Source: Geopsychrobacteraceae bacterium
Lineage (GTDB): Bacteria; Desulfobacterota; Desulfuromonadia; Desulfuromonadales; Geopsychrobacteraceae
DNA length: 64,000 nt
Direction: 5' to 3'
Assembly (NCBI GenBank): GCA_963662315.1
Contig: OY759353.1
Location: 4,544,001-4,608,000 of the forward strand
Shown piece after piece: positions 28,676 to 39,015 of this stretch. Every line of letters starts with the position of its first letter. The stretch's first letter is position 1. The translations under genes were made by a program, and so were the position numbers. Under the pieces are notes generated by a model. That model ran no database searches, was not told the origin of the DNA, and worked only from the letters and a program-made list of their open reading frames with translations.

Positions 28676-29314
28676 GTGATCGACAATTTCTGGTCTTTTA
28701 CCATCGCGATTACTTTATTGACACTGTTTCCCGGTGTTGATTCTCTGCTGGTGGTGCGTAACAGCATTCGTGGCGGATTAAAGGATGGTCTTTGGACCAG
28801 TACCGGTATCTGTTGCGGGCTGTTTGTTCATGCAACATTGTCGGCCCTTGGTATTTCAGCCTTTCTGCTTCATTCGGCCACCGCCTACCAACTGCTCAAG
28901 TTGGCTGGTGGTGGCTACCTGATGTGGCTGGGCGTGATCAATCTATGGAATGCCCGCTTGCAAAGCCCACCACAGTTTTGTGCTGCTGCGCCGGTTTCCC
29001 GACAAAATTCCTCCTGGCTCAAGTCTTTGCGTGAGGGGTTGATCTGCAATGTTTCCAATCCGAAAACGTTGTTGTTCTACATGGCTTTTTTACCGCAGTT
29101 CATTAATCCGCAGCGTTCTACCCTTAAGCAGTCGTTGGCTATGGCCGCAGTTCATTTTGTCATTGCCATGGTTTATCAGGGCGCTCTCGCCGGAGCGGCT
29201 TTAAAGATAAAGACCCTGTTCAGGGCGGGCGGGCGTTGGCAATGCCTTGCTGACCGAATGATCGGACTGCTGCTGGTCAGTTTTGGCTGTATGGTGTTCT
29301 GGGATCAGCGCTAA
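28676..29314 (+). CDS. LysE/RhtB family translocator
   Basis: PGVD, YQLLKLAGGGYL, NVSNPK..FY.AFLPQF. Confidence 0.9.
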   Translation: MIDNFWSFTIAITLLTLFPGVDSLLVVRNSIRGGLKDGLWTSTGICCGLFVHATLSALGISAFLLHSATAYQLLKLAGGGYLMWLGVINLWNARLQSPPQFCAAAPVSRQNSSWLKSLREGLICNVSNPKTLLFYMAFLPQFINPQRSTLKQSLAMAAVHFVIAMVYQGALAGAALKIKTLFRAGGRWQCLADRMIGLLLVSFGCMVFWDQR

Positions 29315-30129
29315 TTACTTTGCTCAGGTGACCGCAGGTAATGGTCTGCGACAATGAGCTGTAAATTCCGCTGAACTGTTGGCGGGCCACAGATAAGAAG
29401 ACGATCGCGGTAAGGAGAGTAAGGTTGACCTGCCGGGTTGGTTGCAACACAGCCACTTTCTTCCAGAAACAGCAAGGCGGCAGCGACATCATAAGACTGC
29501 AGGTCACTTTCCCAGAAACCCTGTAGAAAACCGCCCGCGACATAGCTCAGGTCGAGGGCAGCAGAACCGAAACGGCGCAGGCCTCGACAGCGGTAAAGGA
29601 TATCTTCGGCACAGGCAAAAAAGGCTTTGGCCAGGTCGGGGGAACGGTAAGGAAAGCCGGTGCCGACCAGCGCTTGCTGCAGGGGCGGGTTTGGCACCTG
29701 ATGACGGCGCGTGCCATTGTAGTAGAGCCCTGATCCGCGTACCGCGCTGAAACATTCCTTAGACATGGGGCGATACACCATGCCAAGCTGAGTGCTTTGT
29801 TTGTCTTCCAGCGCTACTGAAATGCTGAACTGATCAAGACCACTGAGAAAATTGGTGGTTCCGTCCAGCGGATCAATAACCCAGCGTAATGTATCATTTC
29901 CCTGTTTGCCGCTTTCCTCAGCATAAAAACCCGCCTCGGGAAGTAAATTCTGCAGCCCGGCGATCAGGAGTTCTTCGGAATGAATATCGACTTCTGAGAC
30001 GAACTCACGTACATCCTTTTCGGAACCCCAGCCGACCGGGTGTTTACGAAAGGCCGAGATCTGATATTCGCCAACCTGCGCGACAAGCTGGCGAAGCTGT
30101 CTGAGTAGTTCCTGAAGACTGGCTGTCAA
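29311..30129 (-). CDS. Inositol monophosphatase family protein (SuhB-like)
   Basis: AEE, WVIDPLDGTTNF, RRFGSAALDL, YDVAA. Confidence 0.92.
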   Translation of the reverse strand: MTASLQELLRQLRQLVAQVGEYQISAFRKHPVGWGSEKDVREFVSEVDIHSEELLIAGLQNLLPEAGFYAEESGKQGNDTLRWVIDPLDGTTNFLSGLDQFSISVALEDKQSTQLGMVYRPMSKECFSAVRGSGLYYNGTRRHQVPNPPLQQALVGTGFPYRSPDLAKAFFACAEDILYRCRGLRRFGSAALDLSYVAGGFLQGFWESDLQSYDVAAALLFLEESGCVATNPAGQPYSPYRDRLLICGPPTVQRNLQLIVADHYLRSPEQSN

Positions 30130-31256
30130 AGGAGTTTTCCCCGACTGCTGAAGTAGCGGTTGTAAGGGTTGAATGAACGCCGGTACTGCCTGATCTCGAG
30201 AATAATAATATTAATAATGCTGGCAATCGGAACACCGATGATCATCCCAATGACACCGTAGATCTTACCTCCCATGACAATAGCGAGAATCACCCATAGC
30301 GGGTGCAGGTTTGATACTTTTGAAATCAGAATCGGGATCAGGATAAAGTTATCAAGAATGATCTGGGCGATAAAGATGTAGAGAACAAAAATCCACCAGA
30401 ACTGTCCGCCCAGACCCAGGTCGACAAGGGCAATGATCAGGCCTGGCAGCATGCCGACAATCGGGCCAATGTAGGGCACCAGGTTGGTGACTCCGGCAAT
30501 AATTCCGAGAATCGGCGCATAGCGGATATCGGTCAGGGTTAACCCGAACCATACCACCAGGCCGATAATCAGAGCTTCGATAATGCGGCCGCGGATGAAA
30601 TGGGCCAACTGCCAGCTGATATGGGCGTAAATATCCAGAACCATTTCAAAGTAACGATTCGGGGTCAGGGAAATCAGGCTGCGCATGATCCGTCTGCTGT
30701 CACGCAAGAAAAAGAACGAAAAAAGAGGGACCAGTAACATTAAGCTACCAAGACGCATGGCTGAGCGGGGCGTTTCCGTAATCAGCCAGCCAATGAAATT
30801 TTGTGACGCGGCACGCATGCGCTCGGCAATATCGTAATTTTTCACAAAGGGGAAGTGGTCCTGAACTTTTGCCAGCAAGCTGCTCGTATATTCGATGGCA
30901 TGGCTGATATAGCGAGGAAAATCAGCTTTTAACGCCTGTATCATCCCTTTCCAATTGGGCGGGCCAATAATCAGCATCAACAGCACGATGATGGCGGCCA
31001 ACAGAATATACACAATAAAAATGCTGGCTGTGCGGCTGACATGGGCACTTTCAAAAAACTGGACAACGGGGTCAAGTAAGAACGACAGAATCAGCGAAAG
31101 CAGAATCGGCAGGAACAGTCCGCTGGTTGCTGTTTTGAACAATCCGGTAAAGGCGGAGGCGGATGAATAGATAATGATACCCGAAGCAATACCCGTGGTC
31201 AGTACAAGATAAAGGACAGCAACCTGAGAGCGGCTCCAGTGATTCTGCTCATTCAT
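30126..31256 (-). CDS. AI-2E (PerM) family transporter
   Basis: Multi-TM; FLLDP.V, NLVPYIGP, LHPL.VILA...GG..YG..GMIIGVP. Confidence 0.9.
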   Translation of the reverse strand: MNEQNHWSRSQVAVLYLVLTTGIASGIIIYSSASAFTGLFKTATSGLFLPILLSLILSFLLDPVVQFFESAHVSRTASIFIVYILLAAIIVLLMLIIGPPNWKGMIQALKADFPRYISHAIEYTSSLLAKVQDHFPFVKNYDIAERMRAASQNFIGWLITETPRSAMRLGSLMLLVPLFSFFFLRDSRRIMRSLISLTPNRYFEMVLDIYAHISWQLAHFIRGRIIEALIIGLVVWFGLTLTDIRYAPILGIIAGVTNLVPYIGPIVGMLPGLIIALVDLGLGGQFWWIFVLYIFIAQIILDNFILIPILISKVSNLHPLWVILAIVMGGKIYGVIGMIIGVPIASIINIIILEIRQYRRSFNPYNRYFSSRGKLL

Positions 31257-31779
31257 GTTTGAGATGCTCCAGTTCGCTACTGTACTGCTTCTTCAACGCA
31301 TCAAGTTGAGCGCTGCACTGTAGCAGGCGATCACTGATGACCCGATTAAGAGCAAGCAGAATTTTTGCCGCCGGAACCGGGTGGCGCCGGACTGTGTCGA
31401 GAAAGTCCGAGCGAAACAGCCCCACCAGGACGGTTGCTTCAGTGGTTCGCGACGCGGCGTTTCTAGGTCGTGAGGCTGTAAGCGCAACTTCGCCAAAAAA
31501 ATCACCAGCTTCCAAGAGCGTAATATCCTGCTCTAGACCAAGCTCGTCATGTTTGTAAATCTGGACTTTTCCGCTGCGGATGAGATACATTCCCGACCCA
31601 ATATCCCCCTCACTGAAGATAATTTCATCTGGAGCATAATTACGGATATGGACGGTGTTTTCCAGCAGTGCCAGTTCACGTTTCTCAAGTTTGCTGAAAA
31701 TCGGAATAGTGCTGAGAAAATAATTCAGAGTGTTTTCGTAACCGCGATTGCGGAAGATATTCTGCCAGAATGGGTTCAC
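31249..31779 (-). CDS. Stand-alone cyclic nucleotide-binding domain protein
   Basis: IFSEGDIGSGMYLIRSGKV..GDFFGEVAL..PRNA; no Crp HTH; start uncertain (31779, 31818 or 31881). Confidence 0.85.
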   Translation of the reverse strand: MNPFWQNIFRNRGYENTLNYFLSTIPIFSKLEKRELALLENTVHIRNYAPDEIIFSEGDIGSGMYLIRSGKVQIYKHDELGLEQDITLLEAGDFFGEVALTASRPRNAASRTTEATVLVGLFRSDFLDTVRRHPVPAAKILLALNRVISDRLLQCSAQLDALKKQYSSELEHLKHE

Positions 31780-31954
31780 AAACGGTACCTTTACAAAAAT
31801 GAGCAGCTCAGTTTCCATTTGCTGCTCGCCATTGGTCCTCTCAAAGTAAAGTGCTATTATACCAAGTTGTGACATTCGCACCAGACAAAAAGTTGGCGGT
31901 GGTAGCCGTCACTGTGCAATCAGGATGGTCTTTTCCATTTGTTGATAAATATTT

Positions 31955-33790
31955 ATGATTGATATCGATTTAAGCAAATATCCCATGGCACCAGGCATCT
32001 ACCAGATGTTTGGTGATGACAATGACATTCTCTATGTAGGCAAAGCCAAACGCTTACGGGCACGGTTGCGCAATTATTTCACTCCAGGCGGTGACGGACG
32101 TCTACATATCCCGTTGTTGATGGAAAAGGTGCAGCGTATTGAAGTGATTGTGACCGATACCGAAAAAGAGGCGCTGCTCCTCGAAAACACCCTGATCAAA
32201 AAACATCGACCGCGCTATAACATCGAGTTGCGCGATGATAAAACCTATGTGTCGGTGCGCATCAATCTGAATGATCCATTCCCCATGATGCAGGTTGTCA
32301 GGCAGGTGAAAAATGACGGAGCACATTACTTTGGTCCTTATTCATCCGCTGGGGCAATTCGCGAAACCCTGAAAGAAATCTACCGTATTTTCCCGCTGCG
32401 ACATTACCCCATTGACCGCTGCCGTAAACGTGGGCGCCCCTGTCTGTTTCATCAGATCGGCCAGTGCAGTGCGCCCTGTCACGATATGATCAGCCAGGGG
32501 GATTACCGTAAGCTGGTCGATGGTGTTATCCAGTTACTGGAAGGACGGGAATCAGAGGTTATTCTACGTTTACAGCAACGGATGCTGAGTGCTTCAGAGC
32601 AGATGCGTTTTGAAGAGGCCGCCCGCTTGCGTGACCAGATAAAAGCGATTGAAAAAAGTGTTGAGAAACAGAAAGTCACCGATTATGGCGGTGGCAACCA
32701 GGATGTCATAGGCCTGCATCGGGAAGGTGGCGAGGTTGAGGTCGCTCTGCTATTTATCCGCCAGGGGAAGTTGATCGGGCGTCAGACCTACCTGCTTGAA
32801 TGGAAGCTTGACCTGGAGGATCTGCTGAGTGGTTTTTTGCAGGAATATTACGCGCGGGAAGTTATTCTTCCTGACCAGTTGCTACTCCCTTTCGACCTGG
32901 AGTCGAGTGACCTGCTGGGGGAATGGTTGAGTGAAAAACGGGGGAAAAAGGTTCATCTTATAGCTCCGCAGCGTGGGGAGAAGAAACGCCTCTGCCTGCT
33001 GGCGGAACGTAATGCCAGCGAAGCATATAAGCAGCGTGGCAAGCGCAAGCAGGCGCGGCAGGATATTCTCCAGGAACTGCAGGCCCAATTTCACCTCCCG
33101 GCACTTCCCGAGCGGATCGAATGCTATGATATCTCCAATGTCCAGGGACAAATGTCGGTCGGCAGCATGGTCGTGCTGCTGAATGGCGATGCCGCACCTG
33201 CTGAATACCGGCGCTTTCGTATAAAAACTGTTGAAGGGGCTGATGACTATGCCTCCCTGACTGAAGTATTGAAGCGCCGCCTCGAACGTGGTCTTGTTGA
33301 AAGCAACCTCCCTGATATGATACTTATTGACGGTGGCAAGGGGCAACTGGGGGTGTTGACCGAAGTGCTGCGCGATTATCAGCTCAGCCAGAAGATTGGG
33401 GCTGTCGGTATTGCCAAGAGCCGGGTTATTTCCAATGTGCGCGGAAAGGCCGTCGAACGGAGTGAAGAGCGTTTCTTTTTGCCAGGACGGAAAAATCCTG
33501 TCAATTTCCGCCAGGGCGCTGCTGCGCTGTATATGCTCGAACGCTTACGTGATGAGGCACACCGGTTTGCAATTACTTACCATCGTAAGTTGCGTAATAA
33601 GGCGACTCTACGTTCATCGCTGGAAGATATCCCCGGCATTGGTCCGGCGCGGAGAAAGGCGTTGCTTAAGTATTTTGGCAGTTTGAAAAAATTGAAAGAA
33701 GCTTCTTTGGTGGAGTTGCAACAGATGCCGGGTCTCTCCGCGAGCCTGGCTGTAACTCTTTTTAACGCATTTCACGATACTTCTCAGTGA
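31955..33790 (+). CDS. uvrC: Excinuclease ABC subunit C
   Basis: GIY-YIG (PGIY..ILYVGKAK.LR.R), RIECYDIS, LIDGGKGQL, RDEAHRFA, HhH IPGIG. Confidence 0.97.
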   Translation: MIDIDLSKYPMAPGIYQMFGDDNDILYVGKAKRLRARLRNYFTPGGDGRLHIPLLMEKVQRIEVIVTDTEKEALLLENTLIKKHRPRYNIELRDDKTYVSVRINLNDPFPMMQVVRQVKNDGAHYFGPYSSAGAIRETLKEIYRIFPLRHYPIDRCRKRGRPCLFHQIGQCSAPCHDMISQGDYRKLVDGVIQLLEGRESEVILRLQQRMLSASEQMRFEEAARLRDQIKAIEKSVEKQKVTDYGGGNQDVIGLHREGGEVEVALLFIRQGKLIGRQTYLLEWKLDLEDLLSGFLQEYYAREVILPDQLLLPFDLESSDLLGEWLSEKRGKKVHLIAPQRGEKKRLCLLAERNASEAYKQRGKRKQARQDILQELQAQFHLPALPERIECYDISNVQGQMSVGSMVVLLNGDAAPAEYRRFRIKTVEGADDYASLTEVLKRRLERGLVESNLPDMILIDGGKGQLGVLTEVLRDYQLSQKIGAVGIAKSRVISNVRGKAVERSEERFFLPGRKNPVNFRQGAAALYMLERLRDEAHRFAITYHRKLRNKATLRSSLEDIPGIGPARRKALLKYFGSLKKLKEASLVELQQMPGLSASLAVTLFNAFHDTSQ

Positions 33791-33829
33791 AACATTGTAA
33801 ATTCGAATTGCATGGTTCACATGTCAAAC

Positions 33830-33867
33830 GAAACAACCGTTGCTGAGCATACTGCAACGGTTGTTTC
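33830..33867. terminator. Intrinsic terminator between convergent uvrC and MCP genes
   Basis: GAAACAACCGTTGC / GCAACGGTTGTTTC 14-bp stem. Confidence 0.8.
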
Positions 33868-33981
33868 TCTATGCTTTAAATTTGTCAAAGTTGTTGTCAT
33901 TAAGGGCAATGACAGGTTTGTTCGATTATTTCCCCAACTGGTTCCACCCTTCCGTCCCGGCATTTTTCGCAACCGAAGGTT

Positions 33982-35718
33982 TTAGCGCCGCTTCGGCATA
34001 GCCAGGTGTTTAACTGCAGGCTTGTTTGTCATGGCCTGGCGCGGAGTAGGCACTCCTTTTAGGAGGAATTTGCTCAGCATGTTTAATAGTTCCTCAGCCT
34101 GACTGGACAATTCTTCGGCGGATGCCGCTGTTTCTTCGGTTGTAGCAGTATTTTGCTGGATTCCTTGATCAATTTGGTTTAGCCCTTCATTAATCTGGAC
34201 AATCCCCTCGGCCTGTTCATTTGACGCAGCCGCAATCTCTTCGGCCAGATCTGATACCTTTGAAACAATTGTGAATATCTCTTCAAGGGCGGTTGCTGTT
34301 TGTTGCGCTATTTCTGTACCATGTTCGGCTTTCTCAACTGAACTGGCGATCAGTTCGGCCGTTTCGGATGCTGCCTTGGCACTGCGTACGGCAAGGTTAC
34401 GTACTTCTTCAGCAACGACAGCAAACCCTTTACCGTGTTGACCGGCACGTGCTGCTTCTACTGCTGCGTTGAGAGCCAACAAGTTGGTCTGGAATGCAAT
34501 TTCATCAATGACTTTAATGATTTTGTTAATATTCTGGCTCGCATCGTTAATGTTGGTCATTGATGCCACCATCTGTTGCATCCGGTTGTTCCCTGTTTCC
34601 GCGACACGTTTGGCTTCACTGGAAAGGGCATTCACTTTATTCGCATTTTCTGCATTGTGGCGGGTTTGGCCAGAGAGGTGATTCAGTGAGCTGGAAATCT
34701 CTTCCAGCGAGGCTGCTGAATTGGTGGCGCCTTCCGACAGGGATTGACTGGCGTCAGATACCTGACCACTGGCAGCGTTTATCTGCCGCGCTGAAGACTG
34801 GATGGTGTTCATCGTATCATTAAGGTTGTCGCTAACCGTTTTTAGGGCAATCATCGGGCTGTCCTGATCGTCTTTTGCTATGGGTGAAAAACTCAAGTCT
34901 CCCCTGGACAGCTGATCGAGCATAGGTAGTATGGTGTTTTCAAAATTATTGGCCAGATTGTCCATGGCTCGTCCCAGTTGGCCTATTTCATCGGTCCGCT
35001 TAAGATTGAGTCGGCTCTGGTAACGGCCACCTTCAATGTCTTCAAGCATGCTGACCGTGGCTTTCATCGGTTTTGTGATGGAACGGGTCACCAGGTAAAT
35101 CAGACCAATTGACAGTAACAGGCAGACTCCGAGCACGGAGAATATGGTAAAAAAGACCTTATTGATCTGCGTTTCCAGGTCATCAACGTAAACTCCACTG
35201 CCGACAATCCAATTCCATTTCGGATGTTTTTTGACAAACGATATTTTGGGTTGAGGATCCTTGAAGCCTGGCTTGTTCCACTGATAGTGGACGGTGCCAC
35301 CCGTAGGGTTGGTGGAAACCTTGACCATCTCGACAAACAGCTTAACTCCGTCCGGATCCTTCATTGTCGAAAGATCCTGTCCGTCAAGCTTAGGATTGGT
35401 TGGATGCATGATCATTTTGGGCCGGGTATCATTTATCCAGAAATATCCATCTCCTTCATAGCGTAAATCTTTGATTGTGGCTTTTGCTAAGGACATGGCC
35501 TCTTCTTCGGAAAAGCGATTACCTGCCTCTTTACTGAAATGATCGATAATTGACCAGGCTGTCTCAACTGATGCTGCCACTTTCTCTTCAGTCGACTGAT
35601 AAATCTCATGACGATAGTCAAAATAGAAAGCGACAAGGATTGCGACAAAAATCAGAGCGGTAAAAGCTGATACCAGATAGATTTTTGTGCCAATTCTAAG
35701 ATTTCGAATAAAGTTCAT
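33982..35718 (-). CDS. Methyl-accepting chemotaxis protein (single Cache sensor, HAMP, MA domain)
   Basis: [54 protein letters not shown]. Confidence 0.95.
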   Translation of the reverse strand: MNFIRNLRIGTKIYLVSAFTALIFVAILVAFYFDYRHEIYQSTEEKVAASVETAWSIIDHFSKEAGNRFSEEEAMSLAKATIKDLRYEGDGYFWINDTRPKMIMHPTNPKLDGQDLSTMKDPDGVKLFVEMVKVSTNPTGGTVHYQWNKPGFKDPQPKISFVKKHPKWNWIVGSGVYVDDLETQINKVFFTIFSVLGVCLLLSIGLIYLVTRSITKPMKATVSMLEDIEGGRYQSRLNLKRTDEIGQLGRAMDNLANNFENTILPMLDQLSRGDLSFSPIAKDDQDSPMIALKTVSDNLNDTMNTIQSSARQINAASGQVSDASQSLSEGATNSAASLEEISSSLNHLSGQTRHNAENANKVNALSSEAKRVAETGNNRMQQMVASMTNINDASQNINKIIKVIDEIAFQTNLLALNAAVEAARAGQHGKGFAVVAEEVRNLAVRSAKAASETAELIASSVEKAEHGTEIAQQTATALEEIFTIVSKVSDLAEEIAAASNEQAEGIVQINEGLNQIDQGIQQNTATTEETAASAEELSSQAEELLNMLSKFLLKGVPTPRQAMTNKPAVKHLAMPKRR

Positions 35719-36263
35719 CTGGTCAGTTCCTTTCTGTTTACTTGTGTATTGCGGCTATATGAGGTTCTCTTTTGATCGTTTGTTTGGGATTTTTTTGCTG
35801 CGACGTTTTGTTTTTGCTGCTCGTTAGCGGAACATGAACAACAGAAAACAAAAGGGGAGGGGTGGCCTCGATCTGAGGCTGCGATAGTACATATTTCCAT
35901 GGTCTTTGTATTGTCGTCGTAAAGGTGGGTATTAATGCATTTAAGCATTTTTTCCGGGTGGCAAACAGAAATATTGTAGTCTGCTCTAGATGGTTTAAAC
36001 GCACCAGTTCTTAACATGTAAATGACCGGAATCTCTAAATGCGAGACCAGTTCATGAAACAAACTGGTACGGTTTTCCAGGTTTGGCCAACTGTTAAGGA
36101 GCAACAGATTAAAGTGGGCTTCTTTTAAATGGTCTGTAGACAGCCAGTTTAACACCTCATCAATGGATTTACTGCTGATACAATCAAAATTGGCTACTCT
36201 CAGCAATAAGGTGATGTGCTGGGAATAGCTATCTTTGGGTGCAAAGAGAAGAATGCGTTTCAT
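35715..36263 (-). CDS. Hypothetical protein with a degenerate receiver-like N-terminal domain
   Basis: MKRILL..FNLLLLN..IPVIY pattern without the acidic pocket; GGAG RBS; ATGA overlap with the MCP gene. Confidence 0.55.
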   Translation of the reverse strand: MKRILLFAPKDSYSQHITLLLRVANFDCISSKSIDEVLNWLSTDHLKEAHFNLLLLNSWPNLENRTSLFHELVSHLEIPVIYMLRTGAFKPSRADYNISVCHPEKMLKCINTHLYDDNTKTMEICTIAASDRGHPSPFVFCCSCSANEQQKQNVAAKKSQTNDQKRTSYSRNTQVNRKELTR

Positions 36264-36300
36264 CAGTATTGCTCCAGGCTAATAGTTTGTTATAACTAAT

Positions 36301-36317
36301 TTGCACAAAGAATGCCA
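36301..36317 (-). promoter_or_regulatory. Sigma-54 (-24/-12) promoter
   Basis: Minus strand TGGCATTCTTTGTGCAA (GG-N10-GC), about 40 bp upstream of the 36263 start. Confidence 0.6.
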
Positions 36318-36517
36318 ATGGTTGAAATATGCTTAGAGACCTCCTCGGGAATAAGTTTATGGTTTTTTAACCGTACGGATAGGAAGGGAACGTTGCAATC
36401 ATAATTGTTACAGAGTGAGTGATTCGGTGTTAAATTAATGAAATTATTAGAGAATGTCAGGATGTTGAAGAATTGTATCTGCAATAAAAATTGCAGGTTT
36501 GGACTGGGCGAGCAAGC

Positions 36518-36553
36518 AAAAAAACAGGGCCTGACAATGTATCAAGGCCCTGT
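36518..36553 (-). terminator. Intrinsic terminator of the 36580 gene
   Basis: ACAGGGCC / GGCCCTGT stem followed by a T-run on the minus strand. Confidence 0.75.
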
Positions 36554-36579
36554 CGTGGTGAATGAACTGGTTAGAGGAA

Positions 36580-37377
36580 TTACTCGACAGTAACTTCTGC
36601 CCCTTCCAGGATAAGATCGTACTTGTAGCCGTAGCCAAAATCTTTATTGAGGGTCAGGGGAGCTTTGACGAGTACTGTGTCGCCAACTTTGACCGTAGTA
36701 TTACTTGTAATAGTAAGATCGTGGGTCGCGGAAGCCTGGGTTCCGCTGCCGTCCTGAATGTGAATCCAGTTGGTCGACATGATCTGAGGGCTGAACTTCA
36801 CAACTTTGCCACGCACAGTGATATTTTTTCCGGAAAGTTCTTCTTTGCCGGCGTAGACTTCACCAATTGTATAACCACCAGCGGCTTTTTCCAGACCGCT
36901 GAAGTCTAAAGTTGGTGGCGGAGTCGCTCCGGATAACGGCGGATGACCAGCGGGTAACTGCATTTTGTCCGTGCTGGCCATAGCAGGAGGCATGTCAGGA
37001 TTACTTGCGTTGAGCACTGATTCAACGAAATATACAACATCAAAATCACGGTTCAGGGTCTGGCTGTGATAGTTCTTCATCGCCATTCCCTGGGGGACAA
37101 CAACTTGATCGCCGATGGCGACGCTGAATTGGGGCGCAGCGGCCCACAGTTTATCTTTTCCGGTATCAACCTGAACATAGGTATAGCCTGAAGCATCCAT
37201 GGTTTCGACAACCGTTCCGGACATGCCACTTAGCGCAGGTGGCTGACTGGGGGGGGCGGGCTCCTCCGGCTGCGCTTTGACTTCAGCAGCCTGGGCCGTA
37301 GGGATTTCATCTTTGGAACATGCAGAGAAGAACAGCAGGGAAGTGCTCGCTAAAACAAGGATGAATGATTTGTTCAC
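36580..37377 (-). CDS. Lipoprotein with two OB-fold-like domains (NrfJ-related)
   Basis: GTG start after GGAGG; lipobox FSAC; GTVVETMDASGYTYVQV..W.A; LPAGHP linker; VRGKVVK..IM..NWIHIQDG. Confidence 0.7.
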   Translation of the reverse strand: MNKSFILVLASTSLLFFSACSKDEIPTAQAAEVKAQPEEPAPPSQPPALSGMSGTVVETMDASGYTYVQVDTGKDKLWAAAPQFSVAIGDQVVVPQGMAMKNYHSQTLNRDFDVVYFVESVLNASNPDMPPAMASTDKMQLPAGHPPLSGATPPPTLDFSGLEKAAGGYTIGEVYAGKEELSGKNITVRGKVVKFSPQIMSTNWIHIQDGSGTQASATHDLTITSNTTVKVGDTVLVKAPLTLNKDFGYGYKYDLILEGAEVTVE

Positions 37378-37489
37378 AAATGTCCTCCGATGTAAATATA
37401 ATACTGTTATATCGTTATTGACTAGCAACATAGCACAGGCTGGAATGGGCAAACAAGAGACTCTGCGATCCGTGGCCTATTTCTGTGTA

Positions 37490-38980
37490 TTAGCACAGGT
37501 TTCGACCGTAGATATGTGATAATTCACGTAACTTTTCGGACAACCGGCTGTCGAGCGCCGCTGATAAATAACGCCATTGCCAGTTGTTTTCAGCGGTGCC
37601 GGGAATATTCATACGATTTTCAGCAGGCAGGGCAAGGATATCCTGTAGCGGCACAATAGCCATGCGTGCAACACTGGCCATGACCGTTTTCAGAAGTTGC
37701 CAGGGCATATCGGGCTGGGGCAGCCCCAGGTACGTCAGTACCCGTTGTTGTGTGGACAGCTCAAGATTCTGCCACCAGCCAAGAGTGGTGTTATTGTCAT
37801 GAGTTCCGCTGTATACAACAGCGTTGGCAATGTGGTTATGCGGAAGATAGGGGTTACGGGCGTCAGAATCGAAGGCGAACTGGAGAATTTTCATGCCGGG
37901 AAAGCCAAAATCGTCACGCAGTTTTTCAACATCCGGCGTAATGATGCCCAGGTCTTCAGCAATGATCGGCAGCGCATCGAATTGTTCTTTCAATGATGAA
38001 AACAGCTCTCGCCCGGGGCTCTCCATCCAGTAACCGTTAATGGCGGTGGGCTCTGTGGCATTAATTGCCCAACAGGCTGAAAACCCGCGGAAGTGATCGA
38101 CGCGTACCAGATCGAAAAGTGTAAAATTCCAGCGAAAGCGTTCGCACCACCAGCTGAACCCGTCTGCGGCAATCTGGTCCCAGCGGTAAAGCGGGTTTCC
38201 CCAGCGTTGACCTGTGGCACTGAAATAATCGGGGGGAACTCCGGCGACCAGGGTCGGTTGCCCCTGCTCATCAAGGTGGTATTGCTGTGGCCTTGACCAG
38301 ACGTCGGCAGAATTCAGGGCGACAAAGATGGGCAGATCGCCGTAAATCTGAATGCCTTTACTGTTAGCGTAGGCCTTAATGGCAAACCACTGTTCAAAAA
38401 AGGCAAACTGCAGATACTTCTGCAGGTAGATTGCGTCGCTCAGCCGCTTTTCTGCCTCTTCCAGGGCTTTCGACTCACGGCATCTGATCGCATTGGGCCA
38501 GGTTTGCCAGTCCGCATAATTATACGCCCTGCGCAGGGCTTCAAAGAGCGCATAATCATCGAGCCAGGACTGATTCTCCCGACAGAAGTTGTTGAAAGAT
38601 TCCTGCCGCGGGTTGGCTGTGTTGTTTTTGAATTGTTGGCAGGCCTGTTTAAAAAGAGGTTCCTGAACCTCAATGGCGGCAGCATAATCCGCACTGTCTG
38701 AGGCTTTAACCTCCGGCAGTTGCTGATAAGCGAGATCGCCTTTTGCTGCAAGTTGTTCAAGGCTTATCAGCAGCGGGTTGCCGGCAAAAGCGGAAAACGA
38801 ACTGTACGGGCAATTGCCGTAACCGGTTGGCCCCAGGGGGAGTATCTGCCAGACGCTCTGCCCGGCATCTGCCAGAAAATCGATAAAACGATAGGCTTCC
38901 GTTCCAAGACAGCCAACCGCCTGGGGGCCAGGTAGTGAAGTCGGGTGAAGTAGGATACCACTCTGACGTTGCAACAGCAT
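37490..38980 (-). CDS. malQ: 4-alpha-glucanotransferase (amylomaltase, GH77)
   Basis: GILLHPTSLP, WQILPL, GVPPDYFS.TGQRWGNP, RVDHFRGF, AEDLG, GTHDN. Confidence 0.95.
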   Translation of the reverse strand: MLLQRQSGILLHPTSLPGPQAVGCLGTEAYRFIDFLADAGQSVWQILPLGPTGYGNCPYSSFSAFAGNPLLISLEQLAAKGDLAYQQLPEVKASDSADYAAAIEVQEPLFKQACQQFKNNTANPRQESFNNFCRENQSWLDDYALFEALRRAYNYADWQTWPNAIRCRESKALEEAEKRLSDAIYLQKYLQFAFFEQWFAIKAYANSKGIQIYGDLPIFVALNSADVWSRPQQYHLDEQGQPTLVAGVPPDYFSATGQRWGNPLYRWDQIAADGFSWWCERFRWNFTLFDLVRVDHFRGFSACWAINATEPTAINGYWMESPGRELFSSLKEQFDALPIIAEDLGIITPDVEKLRDDFGFPGMKILQFAFDSDARNPYLPHNHIANAVVYSGTHDNNTTLGWWQNLELSTQQRVLTYLGLPQPDMPWQLLKTVMASVARMAIVPLQDILALPAENRMNIPGTAENNWQWRYLSAALDSRLSEKLRELSHIYGRNLC

Positions 38981-39015
38981 GTTGACTCCTCTTATGGGGG
39001 TAGAGACTCCAGTTG

